DNA of 64,000 bases from Leucoraja erinacea (taxonomy: Eukaryota), in assembly GCF_028641065.1 (NCBI RefSeq), contig NC_073402.1, positions 21,576,001-21,640,000 of the forward strand, in the 5' to 3' direction. Of this stretch, positions 62,013-64,000 are shown in pieces (position 1 is the first letter of the stretch; each line of letters opens with the position of its first letter). The notes beneath the pieces are model-generated. The model made no database searches, was not told the DNA's origin, and was given only the letters and a program-made list of their open reading frames with translations. The translations under genes and the position numbers were made by a program.

Positions 62013-62383
62013 TTTGCTATTTAGATCTCAGTTAATGAAGGGTGAAATCATATTAATGGGAATGATGAATAATAATGATATAGCAAGTGTGCCTCTCCAC
62101 CACTTTATATTAGTCCTACCCAACAACCAATACCTGCTCTCCCCAAACAACCAAGTCATCAACATGCTTATTTCAAATTCTTGAATAAGTTGTAATAGTT
62201 AAACTCTGGAACTTTCTAAAATATTGTCTTCAGCATCTCCAATGCTCAGCACCAATCCCATGTCTCTTCTTGGTTAAGATTCAGGATCCATGATATTATT
62301 TGCAACCATGTCTGATTTGACCCTGACATGAACTTCTGATGTAAGGTTGTACAGAGCATTGCTGAGGTCAGATGGGAAGCATT

Positions 62384-62700
62384 GTTTAGTTTAGTTCAGC
62401 AATACAGCGTGGAAACAGGCCCTTTGGCCCACCGGGTCCGCACCGACCAGCGATCCCTGCACATCAACACTATCCTACACACACTAGGGACAATTTACCC
62501 ACACACCAAGCCAATTAACCTACATACCTGTAAGTCTTTGGAGTGTGGGAGGAAACCGAAGAAAATCTCAGTGAAAACCCACGTGGTCACGGGGAGAACA
62601 TACAAACTCCGTGTAGACAGTACCTGTAGTTGGGATCGAACCCGGGTATCCAGTTCTGCAAGCGCTGTAAGGCAGCAATTCTAACGCTGCGCCACCATGG
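62384..62700 (-). mobile_element. V-SINE (HE1-like)
   Basis: SINE consensus. Confidence 0.83.
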
Positions 62701-63652
62701 CCGCCATTGTTTATGGTATCAATTATGGTACCAATGCCCTTCCTTAAGAAATGAAGTTAGATAGTTACTGCATTGGACGCAGTCAAGTGCCTGACCTGCA
62801 GCTGAAATGGGAATGTTTTCTTATAAGGAATGATGGGATGGACCAGGCTTGTACACACAGGAGTTTAGCAGAATGAGAGGTGACAATTGAAACATATAGA
62901 ACCATTTTTCTCTTGTGGGAGAATCCAGGACTAGTGGGAGTGGTGTCACTAAAATAACTGCAGTTACACACTTAAGACCACAATAACGGCAAATTATTTA
63001 TCTCAGAGGGTTGCAAGTCTTTGGAAAACGTCCTCAACAGGAGCAGACACCAATCTTTGAATAAGACAAAAGTGGATATGTTCTTGGCAAGCTAGAGGGT
63101 TAATGGAATCACTGGAAAAGGATATGATCAAGTCAGTTCTAATGTTATTAAATGGCAGTCAGCTTGAGGTGTTGCATGGTCTACTCCTGCTCAACATTTG
63201 TACATCTCTCCCGACATCATGTACTAGTATAACATCACCCGACTCTAGGTCTGCTGAACACATCCACTGCTGAAGCTCTCATTCATACTATTATTATCTC
63301 ACACTTTAAATATTCCAGTGCTCACTAGGCAACCTGACATCTCCCACTAAAGTGGGTTCAATAAAATACTCTGTCTTGTTTCATGGTAGAGGATAGAAAG
63401 ACCACCTCAGGGAGATCCAATGTTTCTTTGTGGGGCTCAAAAGAAACCACTTCTGGCAACCTTGGCCAGGTGTTGACATTACAATTGCTTCCATGTTCAG
63501 GTAAATATGTTAGTGGGGTCATTGGAGCCCATCTGCATCTTCTCAATGGAGCCCACCAGCATTTTGAGGCTGTCTCTGCAATCTGTGGATTCAAATTGTA
63601 GGGAGATGCCGAGTGCAATAACCACCTAAGTTTTACCTTATAAAAACAAGCC

Positions 63653-63928
63653 GGTTTAGAAATACAGTGTGTAAACAGGCCCTTCAGCCCACTGAGCCCG
63701 AAGCCGACCGGCAATCACCAGTATATAGTTCTAACCTGCACACTAAGGACAATTTATAGAAGCCCATTCACCAACAAACCTGCACATCTTTGAAATGTGA
63801 TAGGAAACTGGAAAAAAAAAACACGCAGTCACAGGGAGAACGTACAAACTCCATACAGAAAGCATCTATAGTTGGGATCAAGCTTGGGTGCTGTAAGGCA
63901 GCAACTCCACCATGGCACCACTGTACCA
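63653..63928 (-). mobile_element. V-SINE (diverged)
   Basis: SINE consensus. Confidence 0.75.
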
Positions 63929-64000
63929 TTCCTGAACACCAATCCTATTTTAGTTTGCCATTCTTGGACATTACAGGAAATGTTGAAGATGTTGAGTACA

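Noticed and set aside
28440-64000. Exons of a neighbouring gene such as MAP7D1 (the human neighbour)
   Set aside because: I could not identify any convincing coding exon; short or diverged exons could have been missed by eye.

Overview
Eukaryotic, AT-rich, repeat-dense vertebrate DNA. The repeat set (HE1-like V-SINEs with CR1 tails, Penelope-derived mini-elements, Rex1/Babar, L2, CR1) points to a cartilaginous fish, probably a skate or ray (inference). The only host protein-coding gene I can support is TRAPPC3 (BET3) on the minus strand: 5 coding exons, 16868-28154, 543 nt = 180 aa + stop, all GT-AG, with a CpG-rich housekeeping promoter at about 28160-28440. The rest is mobile DNA. It includes a 4.75-kb DIRS1-type tyrosine-recombinase retrotransposon with perfect termini and internal complementary region (ICR) but deleted or decayed enzymes, inserted at ATTT inside a V-SINE. 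There is also a near-full-length single-ORF L2 LINE, GIY-YIG Penelope remnants, and many short Penelope-derived insertions carrying a minimal hammerhead-ribozyme core. Further elements are PIF/Harbinger-like MITEs, a CORE-like SINE sharing a Rex1 3' tail, and an unclassified CpG-rich retroposon. Most short ORFs in the supplied track are spurious translations of repeats. Family assignments come from motif recognition, not from database searches.
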